64,000 nt of DNA from Nitrososphaeria archaeon. GTDB lineage: Archaea; Thermoproteota; Nitrososphaeria; Geothermarchaeales; JDFR-13. Numbering within the stretch: the stretch's first letter is position 1; every line of letters begins with the position of its first letter. Of the stretch, positions 1-9,390 are shown in pieces. A model generated the notes under the pieces. That model made no database searches. It was not told the origin of the DNA and saw only the letters and a list, made by a program, of their open reading frames with translations. The stretch spans positions 14,737-78,736 of the forward strand of contig JALWXN010000004.1 of assembly GCA_027078545.1 (NCBI GenBank), read 5' to 3'. A program made the translations under genes and the position numbers.

Positions 1-794
1 TGAGCCTCGAGAACCACCTCATAGATCCTCTTCAAAGCAGTCTCAGCCATCCCCACGAAGAAGGTCCTAGTCTCATCGCCGAAGTACCCGTTGTATGACG
101 CTACATAGTCCAGGGTAACAGCGTCGCCAGGCCTCGGAACCCTATCAGAACATCTCCAATGGGGATAGGCCGAGTTAGGACCACTAGCCACGATCAGGAA
201 GTCCAGAGTCTTGTCAGCACCCTTCCTCAGCATGTAGCACTTGCTCTCAACCATCAGGGAATATTCGGACATCCCCCTATCCAGACGCTCTGAGGCCCAC
301 CTAATCCCCTCATCCACAATCCTGGCGGCCTCCCTGAGGAGCGCAATCTCCCTACGACTCTTTATCATCCTGGCACGCCAGAGATCATCACTAAAATCTG
401 TAAGACCCTCCAGCTTCTCACTAAGCAGGTCGAACTCCCTCTTAGAGATGAATCCATAGGGGACTCCTATCCTACCACCATCCAGCACCTTGCCTATCGC
501 GTCGTAGAGGTTCTCAGCCTTCACAGACTCTAGGGGGCCGTCGTACCTATCCCTGTAGTAGACGATTATGTCATCCACCCATGTAACCTTGGGGATCCTC
601 TCGGTCTCCATCACGTTGGCTATAGCAACTATCCTACCCTCCCCCACATCGAGATACGCTGCAGAGTAGTCTATCACACCACCACATAGATAGTGGATAT
701 TCTCGGGATCGAGGAAGAGTACATAGTCAAGACCCTTCTCCTCAGCCCTAGCCAGGAGCCTGGCTATTCTCTCACCATCCCTCTCCATCGCCAT
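1..794 (-). CDS. Xaa-Pro aminopeptidase / prolidase (M24 family), N-terminal part; the C-terminus lies left of the window
   Basis: The reverse-complement translation from the ATG at 794 reads MAMERDGERIARLLARAEEKGLDYVLF... with a creatinase/prolidase N-domain, then the metal-ligand motif LDYVASYNGYFGDETRTF (D-x-G-x-x-Y-x-x-D) typical of the M24 pita-bread fold. This ORF is absent from the track because it runs off the window edge. Confidence 0.7.
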   Translation of the reverse strand, partial: MAMERDGERIARLLARAEEKGLDYVLFLDPENIHYLCGGVIDYSAAYLDVGEGRIVAIANVMETERIPKVTWVDDIIVYYRDRYDGPLESVKAENLYDAIGKVLDGGRIGVPYGFISKREFDLLSEKLEGLTDFSDDLWRARMIKSRREIALLREAARIVDEGIRWASERLDRGMSEYSLMVESKCYMLRKGADKTLDFLIVASGPNSAYPHWRCSDRVPRPGDAVTLDYVASYNGYFGDETRTFFVGMAETALKRIYEVVLEA

Positions 795-835
795 CAAATC
801 AAATAATTACGGACGCCAAGCCGTAAAAATAGTGA

Positions 836-1180
836 ATGGGGTGTGGAGAGGTGGACATCTCCAGGTTCCAAGAGGTGATACGGGAGACATATATCCACCA
901 CGACAGGAGGAGGGGTCTAGAGAGGACGCTGGACTGGTTGGTAAGCGAGGTCTACGAGCTCAGACAGGCCATCGAGGATGGTAGGGGCATAGAGGAGGAG
1001 CTGGCAGACGTATTGGCATGGCTAGCCAGCGTCGCCAACCTACTAGGTATCGACCTGGAGAAGGCAGCGGTGGAGAGATATGGGGAGGGATGCCCCAAAT
1101 GCGGCTCAAAGCCCTGCAGATGCCAGTATAGAGAGGGCCCAGACAAAGACGTTGTACTCCTCGTTAGAACCCAGTCGTGA
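836..1180 (+). CDS. MazG-like nucleotide pyrophosphohydrolase with C-terminal Cys4 zinc ribbon
   Basis: The EVYELRQAIEDG ... ELADVLAWLASVANLLGIDLEKAAVERY helical core resembles the MazG/NTP-PPase EExxE/D fold. The C-terminus CPKCGSKPCRC is a zinc ribbon. Confidence 0.65.
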   Translation: MGCGEVDISRFQEVIRETYIHHDRRRGLERTLDWLVSEVYELRQAIEDGRGIEEELADVLAWLASVANLLGIDLEKAAVERYGEGCPKCGSKPCRCQYREGPDKDVVLLVRTQS

Positions 1181-2528
1181 CCACAACACCCTCTAGAGCC
1201 ACATAGCCAGTGTAGGAGGGTGTATCAACGTCCCACGGCAATGACCACTTAGTAGGCTCCGTAGATAGTATGGGATTAACCACCAGGTCCTTAATGTTGA
1301 GCGAGAGCCTCGCACCTATAACAGGCTTCGTGAGCTCACCATCCTCTATCAAGAACCCCACATCCCTCTGCATAGTCGATAGGGAACCCTCCCTCAGGTT
1401 TGAATACCTCGTATACCACAGATTGGTTATGTAGATCCCCTCACCAACGGTCTTCAACAACTCCTCCTCATCCCTAGCAACATCGTCACACCTATAGACG
1501 ACGTGGTGCATATGGGGGATGATCAGCCCCGCATGACCATTACTCTCCCTACCCATCCTCCTAGCAAGGGTATTGTTGAAGGCCAGATCCCTCAACACGC
1601 CGCCCTCGATATAGACAGTCTTCCTAGTAGGGACACCCTCCTCGTCAAAGGTTATAGAGGCCGGGCTATTCTCCATCCTAGGATCGTCATACACCAGCGC
1701 CCTAGCCCCAATATCCTCACCCAACTGGCCAGAGAAGACAGAGATACCGGTATAGTAGTTATAGGCCGAGAGCATCGATGATAGATAGCTCAGAAGATTT
1801 GAGAAGGCATCAGGAGTGAAGACCACCCTCGTCCTACGCCTCTCAGGCAAGACAGGCTTATCCACACCCTCAAGCCTAGAGGACACCTCACCAACCATAG
1901 ACTCAGCGTCCTCCTCATCCACCCTCGTCGAGAGTATAGATGATGTAGCCGTGAGCTCACTATCCTTGAAGCCCCTAACCCTGATGTTGAACCTACTATA
2001 CTTATACTCCCCACTAGCCCCATAGGAAGACGCCATCAGACGCCTCCCAGCCTCCGCCGAGATTATACCGCTAAGCCTCTCAACCCCACCAGCATCTGTA
2101 GACAGGATGGCTTCCAACAGCCTATATAGAAAGTCCTGGTCAAATACAGAGTCATTATAGACACCAGGGATAATGTCATACGTCTCAAAGCCCGCCTCGG
2201 GAGGGATATACTCCTCCTGCCTATCGATAAGCCTAAAAGACTTACGTATAAAATCGACCACACTGTCCAGGTCTAGGGTAGAGACACTGTCGAGAGAGAC
2301 AGTTGTATAGCTCTTCCCCTTCTTAACCATCACATCGATACTATCCTCAACCATGTGCTTAGTGAGGTCATGCCTATAGTTGGAGAACCTGATCCTCGTA
2401 CTGTAGAGAATCTCACCATTAACGATCACGGTGTCAAACTCCTTCGAGAGCCTACTCACAAGCTTCTGTATAAACTCGTCCAGATCCCTCCAGCCCAGGG
2501 CCGACCTCAACAACTCGTCGAACTCCAT
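1164..2528 (-). CDS. PmbA/TldE family protein (partner of TldD metalloprotease)
   Basis: 454 aa with TldD/PmbA-fold similarity and no HExxxH motif. It sits directly downstream of, and is co-oriented with, a TldD-like gene. Confidence 0.75.
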   Translation of the reverse strand: MEFDELLRSALGWRDLDEFIQKLVSRLSKEFDTVIVNGEILYSTRIRFSNYRHDLTKHMVEDSIDVMVKKGKSYTTVSLDSVSTLDLDSVVDFIRKSFRLIDRQEEYIPPEAGFETYDIIPGVYNDSVFDQDFLYRLLEAILSTDAGGVERLSGIISAEAGRRLMASSYGASGEYKYSRFNIRVRGFKDSELTATSSILSTRVDEEDAESMVGEVSSRLEGVDKPVLPERRRTRVVFTPDAFSNLLSYLSSMLSAYNYYTGISVFSGQLGEDIGARALVYDDPRMENSPASITFDEEGVPTRKTVYIEGGVLRDLAFNNTLARRMGRESNGHAGLIIPHMHHVVYRCDDVARDEEELLKTVGEGIYITNLWYTRYSNLREGSLSTMQRDVGFLIEDGELTKPVIGARLSLNIKDLVVNPILSTEPTKWSLPWDVDTPSYTGYVALEGVVVTTGF

Positions 2529-2539
2529 ATAACCACCCC

Positions 2540-4006
2540 TTACCTAGAGCCTACAAGAATATTGTTTATCAGTAGGTGGGGCCCACCGAGGCTCACAGGC
2601 AGCACCTGCATAGGGTCACCCTTCCCACAGAAGCCTGGGAAGAGCTCAATCTCTGAGGAGGCTGCTGAGACCCTCGACAATAGCTCCCAGGTGGTGGACT
2701 CGAGGACGGGGTACTTCACAGGCGGGCCAAGCCTACCATTCTGTATGAGATACGCCTCGAAACCTGTGTAGCGCTGGTTAATCCTCCGATCATCAATGTT
2801 CCACTCAGTATAGTCCTTTATGAATATCCCCCGACCAGCCTCCTCAACCAGCTCATCCACACTATACTCACCCTCCTGGAAATATGTCACACCCATCCTA
2901 ACCAGAGGCTCGTCATGATAGCTTGAGGCCCTACTACTCCCATTACCCCTCATACCAATCCTCGACGCTACGAATCTATTGCTTAGAAGGGTCTTTACAA
3001 CCCCCTCCCTAATCATAACCCTAGCAGAGACCCTCATACCATCATCGTCATAGAGATAATATCCATAAGCCCCTGGATACGTAGGGTCATCCACAACAGT
3101 CACGGCTTCAGAGCCTATCCGCCTAACCTCCACATCACTTATCGATACATAGGACTCCCCAGCCTGTGCACCCTCCATACCCAAGATCCTATCCAGCTCG
3201 AAGGGATGGCCAACTGCCTCATGAGCTATGATCCCGGCTATCTCCGGCCCAACGATAACGTTATACTTATCGATGGGGATAGGCTTGGCCTCCTTAACGA
3301 CACGCTCCATAGCCTCTATACGCTCCCTACACTGAGACAGGAGATAATCATAGTCCAGGAACTCGGCCCCCTGAGAAGCCCCCAACAACACGTTTTTAGA
3401 GACGAACTCCCCATCCTTCCCAGTGAAATGGGCGAAGAAGGTTATCCTCGGAATAGTCGAGGAGACCACCACCTGGTCAGAACTCGTGAAGAACTTCCTC
3501 TCCAAGGTATAGTTGATGACTATATGCCTACTCAGAAGCTCTATACTAGCGACATCCCTCAAAGCCTTGTCAAGATCAGTCAATATAGATATGGAGTCGT
3601 CGATATTATCTAGGAAAGGCTTCTCCTCCTTCACAACATACTCAACATCCTCCGAGGGGACGTCATGAAGCGTATATTCATCGACCCTTCCCCACCCCCT
3701 CAGATTAGAGATCCTCTTAGCCAAGCCATCCAACACATACTCAGCCATCGACTTGGAGGGGGTGGAGACAGAGCCATAGAGAGTTATACCCCTGGAGAAG
3801 ACCCTTATCCCAAGGCCAGCCTCATAGCTCCTATTAAAAGCCACCAGCTGACCATTATTCACAACTATAGTGACGCTACGCTTCTCATGCACCCTAGCAT
3901 CCACATAGCTTATATCCTGACTCCCCCCGAAACCCGTGAGGGAGCTAGCCGTATCAACGTAGTCCTCCCACCTACCCACCTCCACATCAGTAGACATTAG
4001 AACCAC
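2540..4006 (-). CDS. tldD: TldD family zinc metalloprotease
   Basis: 488 aa with an HExxxH-type motif (IIAHEAVGHPFE) in the TldD position. It is tandem with the PmbA-like gene. Confidence 0.8.
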   Translation of the reverse strand: MVLMSTDVEVGRWEDYVDTASSLTGFGGSQDISYVDARVHEKRSVTIVVNNGQLVAFNRSYEAGLGIRVFSRGITLYGSVSTPSKSMAEYVLDGLAKRISNLRGWGRVDEYTLHDVPSEDVEYVVKEEKPFLDNIDDSISILTDLDKALRDVASIELLSRHIVINYTLERKFFTSSDQVVVSSTIPRITFFAHFTGKDGEFVSKNVLLGASQGAEFLDYDYLLSQCRERIEAMERVVKEAKPIPIDKYNVIVGPEIAGIIAHEAVGHPFELDRILGMEGAQAGESYVSISDVEVRRIGSEAVTVVDDPTYPGAYGYYLYDDDGMRVSARVMIREGVVKTLLSNRFVASRIGMRGNGSSRASSYHDEPLVRMGVTYFQEGEYSVDELVEEAGRGIFIKDYTEWNIDDRRINQRYTGFEAYLIQNGRLGPPVKYPVLESTTWELLSRVSAASSEIELFPGFCGKGDPMQVLPVSLGGPHLLINNILVGSR

Positions 4007-4108
4007 CCCGGAACAGTGGGGGAATAACCCGTCCCAATAGAGCTAAATAACCCCCTCCACCCCAATAAAAGAATATTCCTTTAGACAAGTGGGGGCGGTG
4101 GATAGGAG

Positions 4109-4501
4109 GTGTACAGACTCCCCCAGAGGATCGCGGAGAAGGCTGCAGAGAGAATCTCAAGGATACATGGCTCTAAAGTGGTCGAGGTAATGGGAATAAG
4201 GACTGAACAGGCGGAGATAGGTGAGGAATGGACTAGGTGGGGAGGGGCGAGGATAGTATACCGGACCGGGGATATACAGAGTGCCAAGAGGCTTAGAGAC
4301 CTACACCACGCCTCGGGCTTCAAATACTCGAGAATAGTCCCAGAGAGGGAGGGATACCTAGTGATCTGCGAGACGACAGAGAATATAACCCTTCCCCAGA
4401 GGGTTTGGCATGATAAACCCGGAATTCGGATTATCAAGATATTACTTTTTCTAAGAACCGTGAAAAGGCTTAAAATGTTATTACGGAATACTAAATTTTA
4501 A
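4109..4501 (+). CDS. hypothetical small protein (start GTG 4109, or ATG at 4172 or 4190)
   Basis: A TATA-like ataaaagaatatt lies about 30 nt upstream of 4109, consistent with a leaderless transcript. Codon usage looks coding. The C-terminal tail is encoded by the AT-rich hsp20 promoter region. I recognise no family. Confidence 0.35.
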   Translation: MYRLPQRIAEKAAERISRIHGSKVVEVMGIRTEQAEIGEEWTRWGGARIVYRTGDIQSAKRLRDLHHASGFKYSRIVPEREGYLVICETTENITLPQRVWHDKPGIRIIKILLFLRTVKRLKMLLRNTKF

Positions 4502-4512
4502 AAATCCCCCTA
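4488..4512 (+). promoter_or_regulatory. candidate BRE/TATA promoter for hsp20 (aaattttaaaaatc)
   Basis: An AT-rich box lies about 40 nt upstream of the ATG at 4540 in an otherwise GC-balanced genome. The gene downstream is a heat-shock gene. Confidence 0.3.
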
Positions 4513-4539
4513 TCCAAGAATCTAGAATGGTGATGCGAT

Positions 4540-5070
4540 ATGAGGTTCGAGGACGAGTTCTTCGATGAGATCGATAGGATATTCAAGGAGGAGATGAGGA
4601 GGATCAGGAAGCTCATCACAGAGCTGACAAAGATCAGGACCAACGAGCTCAGGGAGCTAGGCATGCGCGGCGAGCCAATAGTATTCGGATTCACATATAG
4701 GTGGCAGACAGGTATGGAGAAGCCGGAGATAAAGTTCTTCGGAAACGTCAAGCCACAGCAGCCCTTCGGCGTGAAGATAGACCAGACAGTAACCCCTGTA
4801 TACGACCTAATCGACAAGGATGACCACTACGAGATCATCGTGGAGATGGCTGGAGCCAAGAAGGATGACGTCGACATCCAGCTGAAGGACGGCGCACTAT
4901 ACATAAAGGCCGAGACGCCCTACAAGAAGTACAAGGTTAGCGTCCCAATACCTAGCGACGCCCAGGCAGACGACATAAAGGCGAAGCTTAACAACGGGAT
5001 ACTGATAATCAAGCTCAAGAAGAAGAAGGGCGTAGGGACCAGGAAGATAGAGATCGAGGAGGAGGACTAG
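4540..5070 (+). CDS. hsp20: small heat shock protein Hsp20 (alpha-crystallin domain)
   Basis: DDHYEIIVEMAGAKKDDVDIQLKDGALYIKAE ... NGILIIKL is a canonical alpha-crystallin domain (ACD) beta-sandwich. The basic/acidic C-tail ends IEIEEED. Confidence 0.85.
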   Translation: MRFEDEFFDEIDRIFKEEMRRIRKLITELTKIRTNELRELGMRGEPIVFGFTYRWQTGMEKPEIKFFGNVKPQQPFGVKIDQTVTPVYDLIDKDDHYEIIVEMAGAKKDDVDIQLKDGALYIKAETPYKKYKVSVPIPSDAQADDIKAKLNNGILIIKLKKKKGVGTRKIEIEEED

Positions 5071-5615
5071 GGCTTAAACCACTTGAACATTAGATACCTA
5101 ATACTCTTTTTATCCCCATCTACAACCGCGTAGACAAATCGTTTCCTAACCGAGGTTGCCAACCTACCAGCCCTCACCAGCTCATCCCCACTAACCATGG
5201 AGCCAGCCTCTATAACATCCACCAGGTAAGGGGCATGCTCAATCCCAGGCCCCCTCTTATAGACGGCGAAGTCCACCCCAAACTTCAGGCCAGAGATGAC
5301 TGCGAAGCCCCTATCCCTCAGATCCTTATACACCATGTATTTCAGGTCTAGGTAGGGATACATATCCCTGATCAGCTCCCTGAAAGACTCTGGACCGAGG
5401 GACTCTCCCCGGTGATAAACCTCAATAACACCCTTCTCGAGGAGGTAGAGAGCCTCGAGAGGGTCTAGGAGGAGGGGAGAGTCGAAGTCAGGCCTCTTAG
5501 GCTTATCAACACCCAGTGGCTTACCGAAGAATCCTAGGGACCAGATCCTACGGGCCTCCTCATGATCAGGGATATATACCCTCCCACCAACCAGGAAACC
5601 CTTATACCTCCTCAT
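5067..5615 (-). CDS. endA: tRNA-splicing endonuclease, catalytic subunit (EndA)
   Basis: The motifs FFGKPLG, LDPLEALYLLEKGVIEV, YKDLRDRGFAV, GLKFGVDFAVYKRGP and HAPYLV match the EndA catalytic domain. The start was trimmed to the ATG at 5615 (MRRYKGF), which makes a 4-nt overlap with the upstream gene. The track extension to 5699 would overlap by 88 nt. Confidence 0.8.
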   Translation of the reverse strand: MRRYKGFLVGGRVYIPDHEEARRIWSLGFFGKPLGVDKPKRPDFDSPLLLDPLEALYLLEKGVIEVYHRGESLGPESFRELIRDMYPYLDLKYMVYKDLRDRGFAVISGLKFGVDFAVYKRGPGIEHAPYLVDVIEAGSMVSGDELVRAGRLATSVRKRFVYAVVDGDKKSIRYLMFKWFKP

Positions 5616-6253
5616 AGTATACACAGGCTCAGAATAACATCCCCAACCTTCTTCATACCGTCCGCCGCAGACTCCAGCATCTTTATAATCTCCATCCACA
5701 TCAACATCTTGGAGCTGCTCCTCTCCCTATTGAAGACCTCCACCAAGGCCTTACGGTGTAGAAGGTCGATCTCCTCCTCAATCTCTATTATCCTCTCCAC
5801 CGCTGGATAGACGGAGGAGATGTTATAAGCCAGGAAATAGATCGCCTCCCTAAAGGCCTCAACCTCGCGGTGGAGAGCATTCACCACCTTCCGTATCCAC
5901 TCCAGCTCCCACTTAGCCAGGCTAGAGACGTCTAGGTGTGAGAGTCTAAAGGCGGCCCCATCCATCTCATCTACAACATCGCCTATCAAGACTATCAGGT
6001 TGTAGAAGATGTATGTCTGATCACCGATGAAAGGCTTATACCTCATCACCTCATTTATCAACGTCTTCTGTATACTATAGACCTCACTATCTAGCCTCCT
6101 CACATCTTCATAAAGCGACTTCAGATCCGCCCCATCACTCTCATACATCGTCTCTACGATCCGGAGTAGACCCGTAGCCACGTCAAGAGTCTTACTGGCC
6201 AGGTCCTGAAGATCAGAGACTATCTGCCTCCTAGCCTCCTGCTCTCTGTACAT
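5612..6253 (-). CDS. DUF47 / PhoU-like family protein
   Basis: About 210 aa and all-helical. The C-terminal RIIEIEEEIDLLHRKALVEVF resembles the DUF47 (TIGR00153) C-terminal motif. A second paralog lies at 51220. Confidence 0.5.
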   Translation of the reverse strand: MYREQEARRQIVSDLQDLASKTLDVATGLLRIVETMYESDGADLKSLYEDVRRLDSEVYSIQKTLINEVMRYKPFIGDQTYIFYNLIVLIGDVVDEMDGAAFRLSHLDVSSLAKWELEWIRKVVNALHREVEAFREAIYFLAYNISSVYPAVERIIEIEEEIDLLHRKALVEVFNRERSSSKMLMWMEIIKMLESAADGMKKVGDVILSLCIL

Positions 6254-6304
6254 CTCCAGCTCAAGAAATCTAATTATATGAGGGAGGTAATTAGGGATTG
6301 GTAT

Positions 6305-7132
6305 CTACGCCTCCTCCAGGCTCAGGGCTACATAGTAGGGTAGGAAGAAGACGGGGAGCCCCCCTACACACCTCCTCAGGGCTATGTAGAGCATGGGATC
6401 GACCACACCCAATACACCTTTATGAGACGGGGTTCTGACCCTCAGGTATGGACATATAATACCCCTATACTCCTCCCATAGTGGGGTTAGCCCCAGACCT
6501 ATCCGAGGCCCCCATAGACGCACAGTCCTAAGGAAACCACCTGAGAGGAGGGATACGAACCTCTCCGCCTCCCTATTATAGAATGGATATGCCGATCTAT
6601 AGACGTATAGATCCAGGGGCCCCGGCCGAATAAATACCTCGCCCCTACGGATCAACCCCTCTATAATCATGGACAACGTATATATCCTCCCCTCCACAGC
6701 CATAGGGGAGTATCTATCCATTACCACTACTTTAGACTCTGCCTCCCACGATATCCTCCCCCCACCCCGTACACGATCTCTGAGTAGGGGTATTAGGCCA
6801 CTGTATATGGCGAGGCCAACCTCGATATGACGCTTTAGAGACTCTACAATACCCTCGACCACCCTCCCGAAGCACCGATCCCTATAGAGGTCAGCGGGGA
6901 GTAGAAGCGTGTATGACCCCTCCCTTAGAACCTCCAACTCTAGAGATGCATCACCATCAGCCTCTCTAAGCCATCTCTCAACCACCTGTCTATACCACTC
7001 GCCACAGGCTCCACAGAGGTCACACCACAGGATGGAGCCCTCACACCCTAGGGATAAGAGTGGGGACAAGAGGTTTGAGGCGATGGGTGAGAGTGGACAC
7101 TTCTCCGCATCAACCCTCCTCATCGACACCAC
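6305..7132 (-). CDS. hypothetical protein (Cys-rich N-terminus CDLCGACGEW)
   Basis: A 275-aa ORF with coding-like composition that overlaps the upstream gene by 23 nt and is co-oriented with the DUF47 and endA genes. I recognise no family. Confidence 0.45.
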   Translation of the reverse strand: MVSMRRVDAEKCPLSPIASNLLSPLLSLGCEGSILWCDLCGACGEWYRQVVERWLREADGDASLELEVLREGSYTLLLPADLYRDRCFGRVVEGIVESLKRHIEVGLAIYSGLIPLLRDRVRGGGRISWEAESKVVVMDRYSPMAVEGRIYTLSMIIEGLIRRGEVFIRPGPLDLYVYRSAYPFYNREAERFVSLLSGGFLRTVRLWGPRIGLGLTPLWEEYRGIICPYLRVRTPSHKGVLGVVDPMLYIALRRCVGGLPVFFLPYYVALSLEEA

Positions 7133-7928
7133 CTACTAGGCCTACACCCATGGGCCACGAGTAGAAGATGAGGCCCCCCGGCACATAGTCCCTAGACAGC
7201 TCTACAGCCTTAATAGTCTCTACACCACCGCCTAAAAACCTCTCAGAGACCATGGGGAGGCTATCAACCCTACCATCCCAGACATGGATACGGCTCTTAT
7301 CAACAAACCTGGATATACCCCTTACTAGGCGCCTCCTCTCAACCGTGGACCTCGCCAGGACCACCACGTAGTACCCGGTATCCCCCCTAAGAATGGAGAA
7401 TGACGCGCCAATCCCCACCAACTCTTCATAGAGCAGGCCGGCCTCACCCCTAGAAACAATGAGATAAACCAGCTCGGGATCCCCCCTAGCCAGGCCATCC
7501 GTCCTAACATCTAGTATCACACCACCCCTATACTCACGGGACAAAAAGTGTCCATTCCCGCTATAGACATGTATAGCCGACCCCCTCAGAGGGTTAAGAC
7601 CCTGAGCCACCAACCCACCTATACTCTCCATAGGGTCCCACGGATAGATGAGATCCACCCATACCCTACGCCTCATTAGGAACCTCAACAGACTGGCCAC
7701 TCTGGTACCAGCCCTGATCCTTAGATACCTCCTACCTATCAGTAGGAAACCCGTGTAGGGAGACATAGAGACCACGGTATCAACATCCACATCGCCGGGC
7801 CACGAGAATCCCCTCCCCCATCCCACAACGAGGAAGTCTTTGGTAGGCAGGATGGAGACGTCTCCATCGAATGGAAGTATATTCTCAAACCTGATCCTTC
7901 CACGCCTAGTAAATATACAGCCCACCAT
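7110..7928 (-). CDS. hypothetical protein
   Basis: A 272-aa ORF, first gene of a co-oriented four-gene string (7928 down to 5067). I recognise no family. Confidence 0.45.
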   Translation of the reverse strand: MVGCIFTRRGRIRFENILPFDGDVSILPTKDFLVVGWGRGFSWPGDVDVDTVVSMSPYTGFLLIGRRYLRIRAGTRVASLLRFLMRRRVWVDLIYPWDPMESIGGLVAQGLNPLRGSAIHVYSGNGHFLSREYRGGVILDVRTDGLARGDPELVYLIVSRGEAGLLYEELVGIGASFSILRGDTGYYVVVLARSTVERRRLVRGISRFVDKSRIHVWDGRVDSLPMVSERFLGGGVETIKAVELSRDYVPGGLIFYSWPMGVGLVGGVDEEG

Positions 7929-7990
7929 CCAGCTCAGCTACCCCCAGCCAGAATTTAATTAATCGACCCAGCCCCGAAAAATATTCCTAG

Positions 7991-9346
7991 GTGAAGGGTA
8001 TGTCCATCCGACCAGTGGAGGAGCGGTTCGAGAGGATAGGCTTCCACACCCATATAAAGGGCCTAGGCGTCAGGAACGGGAAGGCAGAGTTCGCCGCCGA
8101 CGGGATGGTGGGCCAGGTAAAGGCGAGGGAGGCTGCCTACGTAATAGTCCAGATGATAAAGAAGGGTAAGCTGGCTGGACGAGCCATACTACTAGCAGGG
8201 CCACCCGGAACAGGTAAGACGGCAATAGCACTGGCTATAGCCAAGGAGTTCGGTAAGGACGTACCCTTCATAAGCATGAGCGGCAGCGAGATCTACTCAA
8301 CGGAGCTCAAGAAGACCGAGATACTGATGAGGGCTATAAGGAAGGCGATAGGTGTGAGGATAAAGGAGTATAAAGAGGTAATCGAGGGAGTCGTTAAAAA
8401 CATTGAGTACAGCATGACCCAGCACCCCTACAACCCATACCAGCAGATCCCCGCCAGGGTGAAGCTGACACTAGCCACAGACACGGAGAAGAGGGACTTC
8501 ACAGGAGACACCAACATAGCCATGGCCCTACTCCAGCAGAACGTGAGGGAGGGAGACGTAATAATGATAGAGCGGGAGACCGGAAGGGTCACCAAGCTAG
8601 GCCGGGCCAGGGAGTATAAGGGTGAGTACGACCTAGAGGGAGAGATATATGTAGAGACGCCGAAGGGCCCACTGATAAAGGAGAAGGAGTTCGTATACAC
8701 ACTATCCCTCCACGAGCTAGACCTAACAAAGGCTAGAAGCACAGGCGGAGGCGTATTCAGCCTACTATTCGGAGGCGAGAGGGAGGAGATAACAAACGAG
8801 ACTAGGCAGGAGGTGGACGAGCTCGTAAAGAGATGGATAGAGGATGGGAGGGCCGAGATAATACCAGGAGTACTATTCATAGACGAGGTCCACATGCTAG
8901 ACATAGAGGCATTCGCATTCCTAAACAGGGCATTGGAGAGCGAGATGGCCCCCGTAGTCATATTCGCCACAAACAGGGGGATAACAAAGATAAGGGGGAC
9001 AGACATAGAGTCGCCACACGGCATACCGATAGACTTCCTAGACAGACTACTGATCATAACGACGGAGCCCTACAAGGAGGAGGAGATACGGAAGATACTT
9101 GAGATCAAGATTAGGGAGGAGGGTATAGAGATGGAGGAGGACGCCTTCGAGGAACTCGTAAGGCTAGGGGTGGAGAACAGCCTAAGATACGCCCTCATGC
9201 TCCTAGGACCAGTGATGGAGATCGCTGGACAGGAGGGGAGGAATAAGGTGGTCAAGACCGACGTAGAGCGGGCCGCAGAGCTCTTCATAGACTATAGAAA
9301 GTCGGCAGAGATACTCCGCAACTACGAGAAGGAGTTCCTCCTATAA
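7991..9346 (+). CDS. TIP49 / RuvB-like AAA+ ATPase (TBP-interacting protein homolog)
   Basis: GRAILLAGPPGTGKTAIALAIAKEFGKDVPF is the Walker A. It has the TIP49 domain II insertion and an LFIDEVHMLD Walker B. 451 aa. Confidence 0.85.
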   Translation: MKGMSIRPVEERFERIGFHTHIKGLGVRNGKAEFAADGMVGQVKAREAAYVIVQMIKKGKLAGRAILLAGPPGTGKTAIALAIAKEFGKDVPFISMSGSEIYSTELKKTEILMRAIRKAIGVRIKEYKEVIEGVVKNIEYSMTQHPYNPYQQIPARVKLTLATDTEKRDFTGDTNIAMALLQQNVREGDVIMIERETGRVTKLGRAREYKGEYDLEGEIYVETPKGPLIKEKEFVYTLSLHELDLTKARSTGGGVFSLLFGGEREEITNETRQEVDELVKRWIEDGRAEIIPGVLFIDEVHMLDIEAFAFLNRALESEMAPVVIFATNRGITKIRGTDIESPHGIPIDFLDRLLIITTEPYKEEEIRKILEIKIREEGIEMEEDAFEELVRLGVENSLRYALMLLGPVMEIAGQEGRNKVVKTDVERAAELFIDYRKSAEILRNYEKEFLL

Positions 9347-9354
9347 CCCCCAAC

Positions 9355-9372
9355 CCCAAATATATATACGCA
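9355..9372 (+). promoter_or_regulatory. TATA-like element (aaatatatatacg) upstream of trmI
   Basis: An AT-rich box about 25 nt upstream of the ATG at 9391. Confidence 0.3.
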
Positions 9373-9390
9373 TAGACGGGGAGCTGCCAG

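Noticed and set aside
8428-9057. 209-aa antisense ORF inside the TIP49 gene (Ser/Leu-rich)
   Set aside because: The composition (S, L, P-rich, low complexity) is what the reverse complement of a GAG/AAG-rich sense frame gives. The sense-strand protein is a high-confidence AAA+ ATPase.
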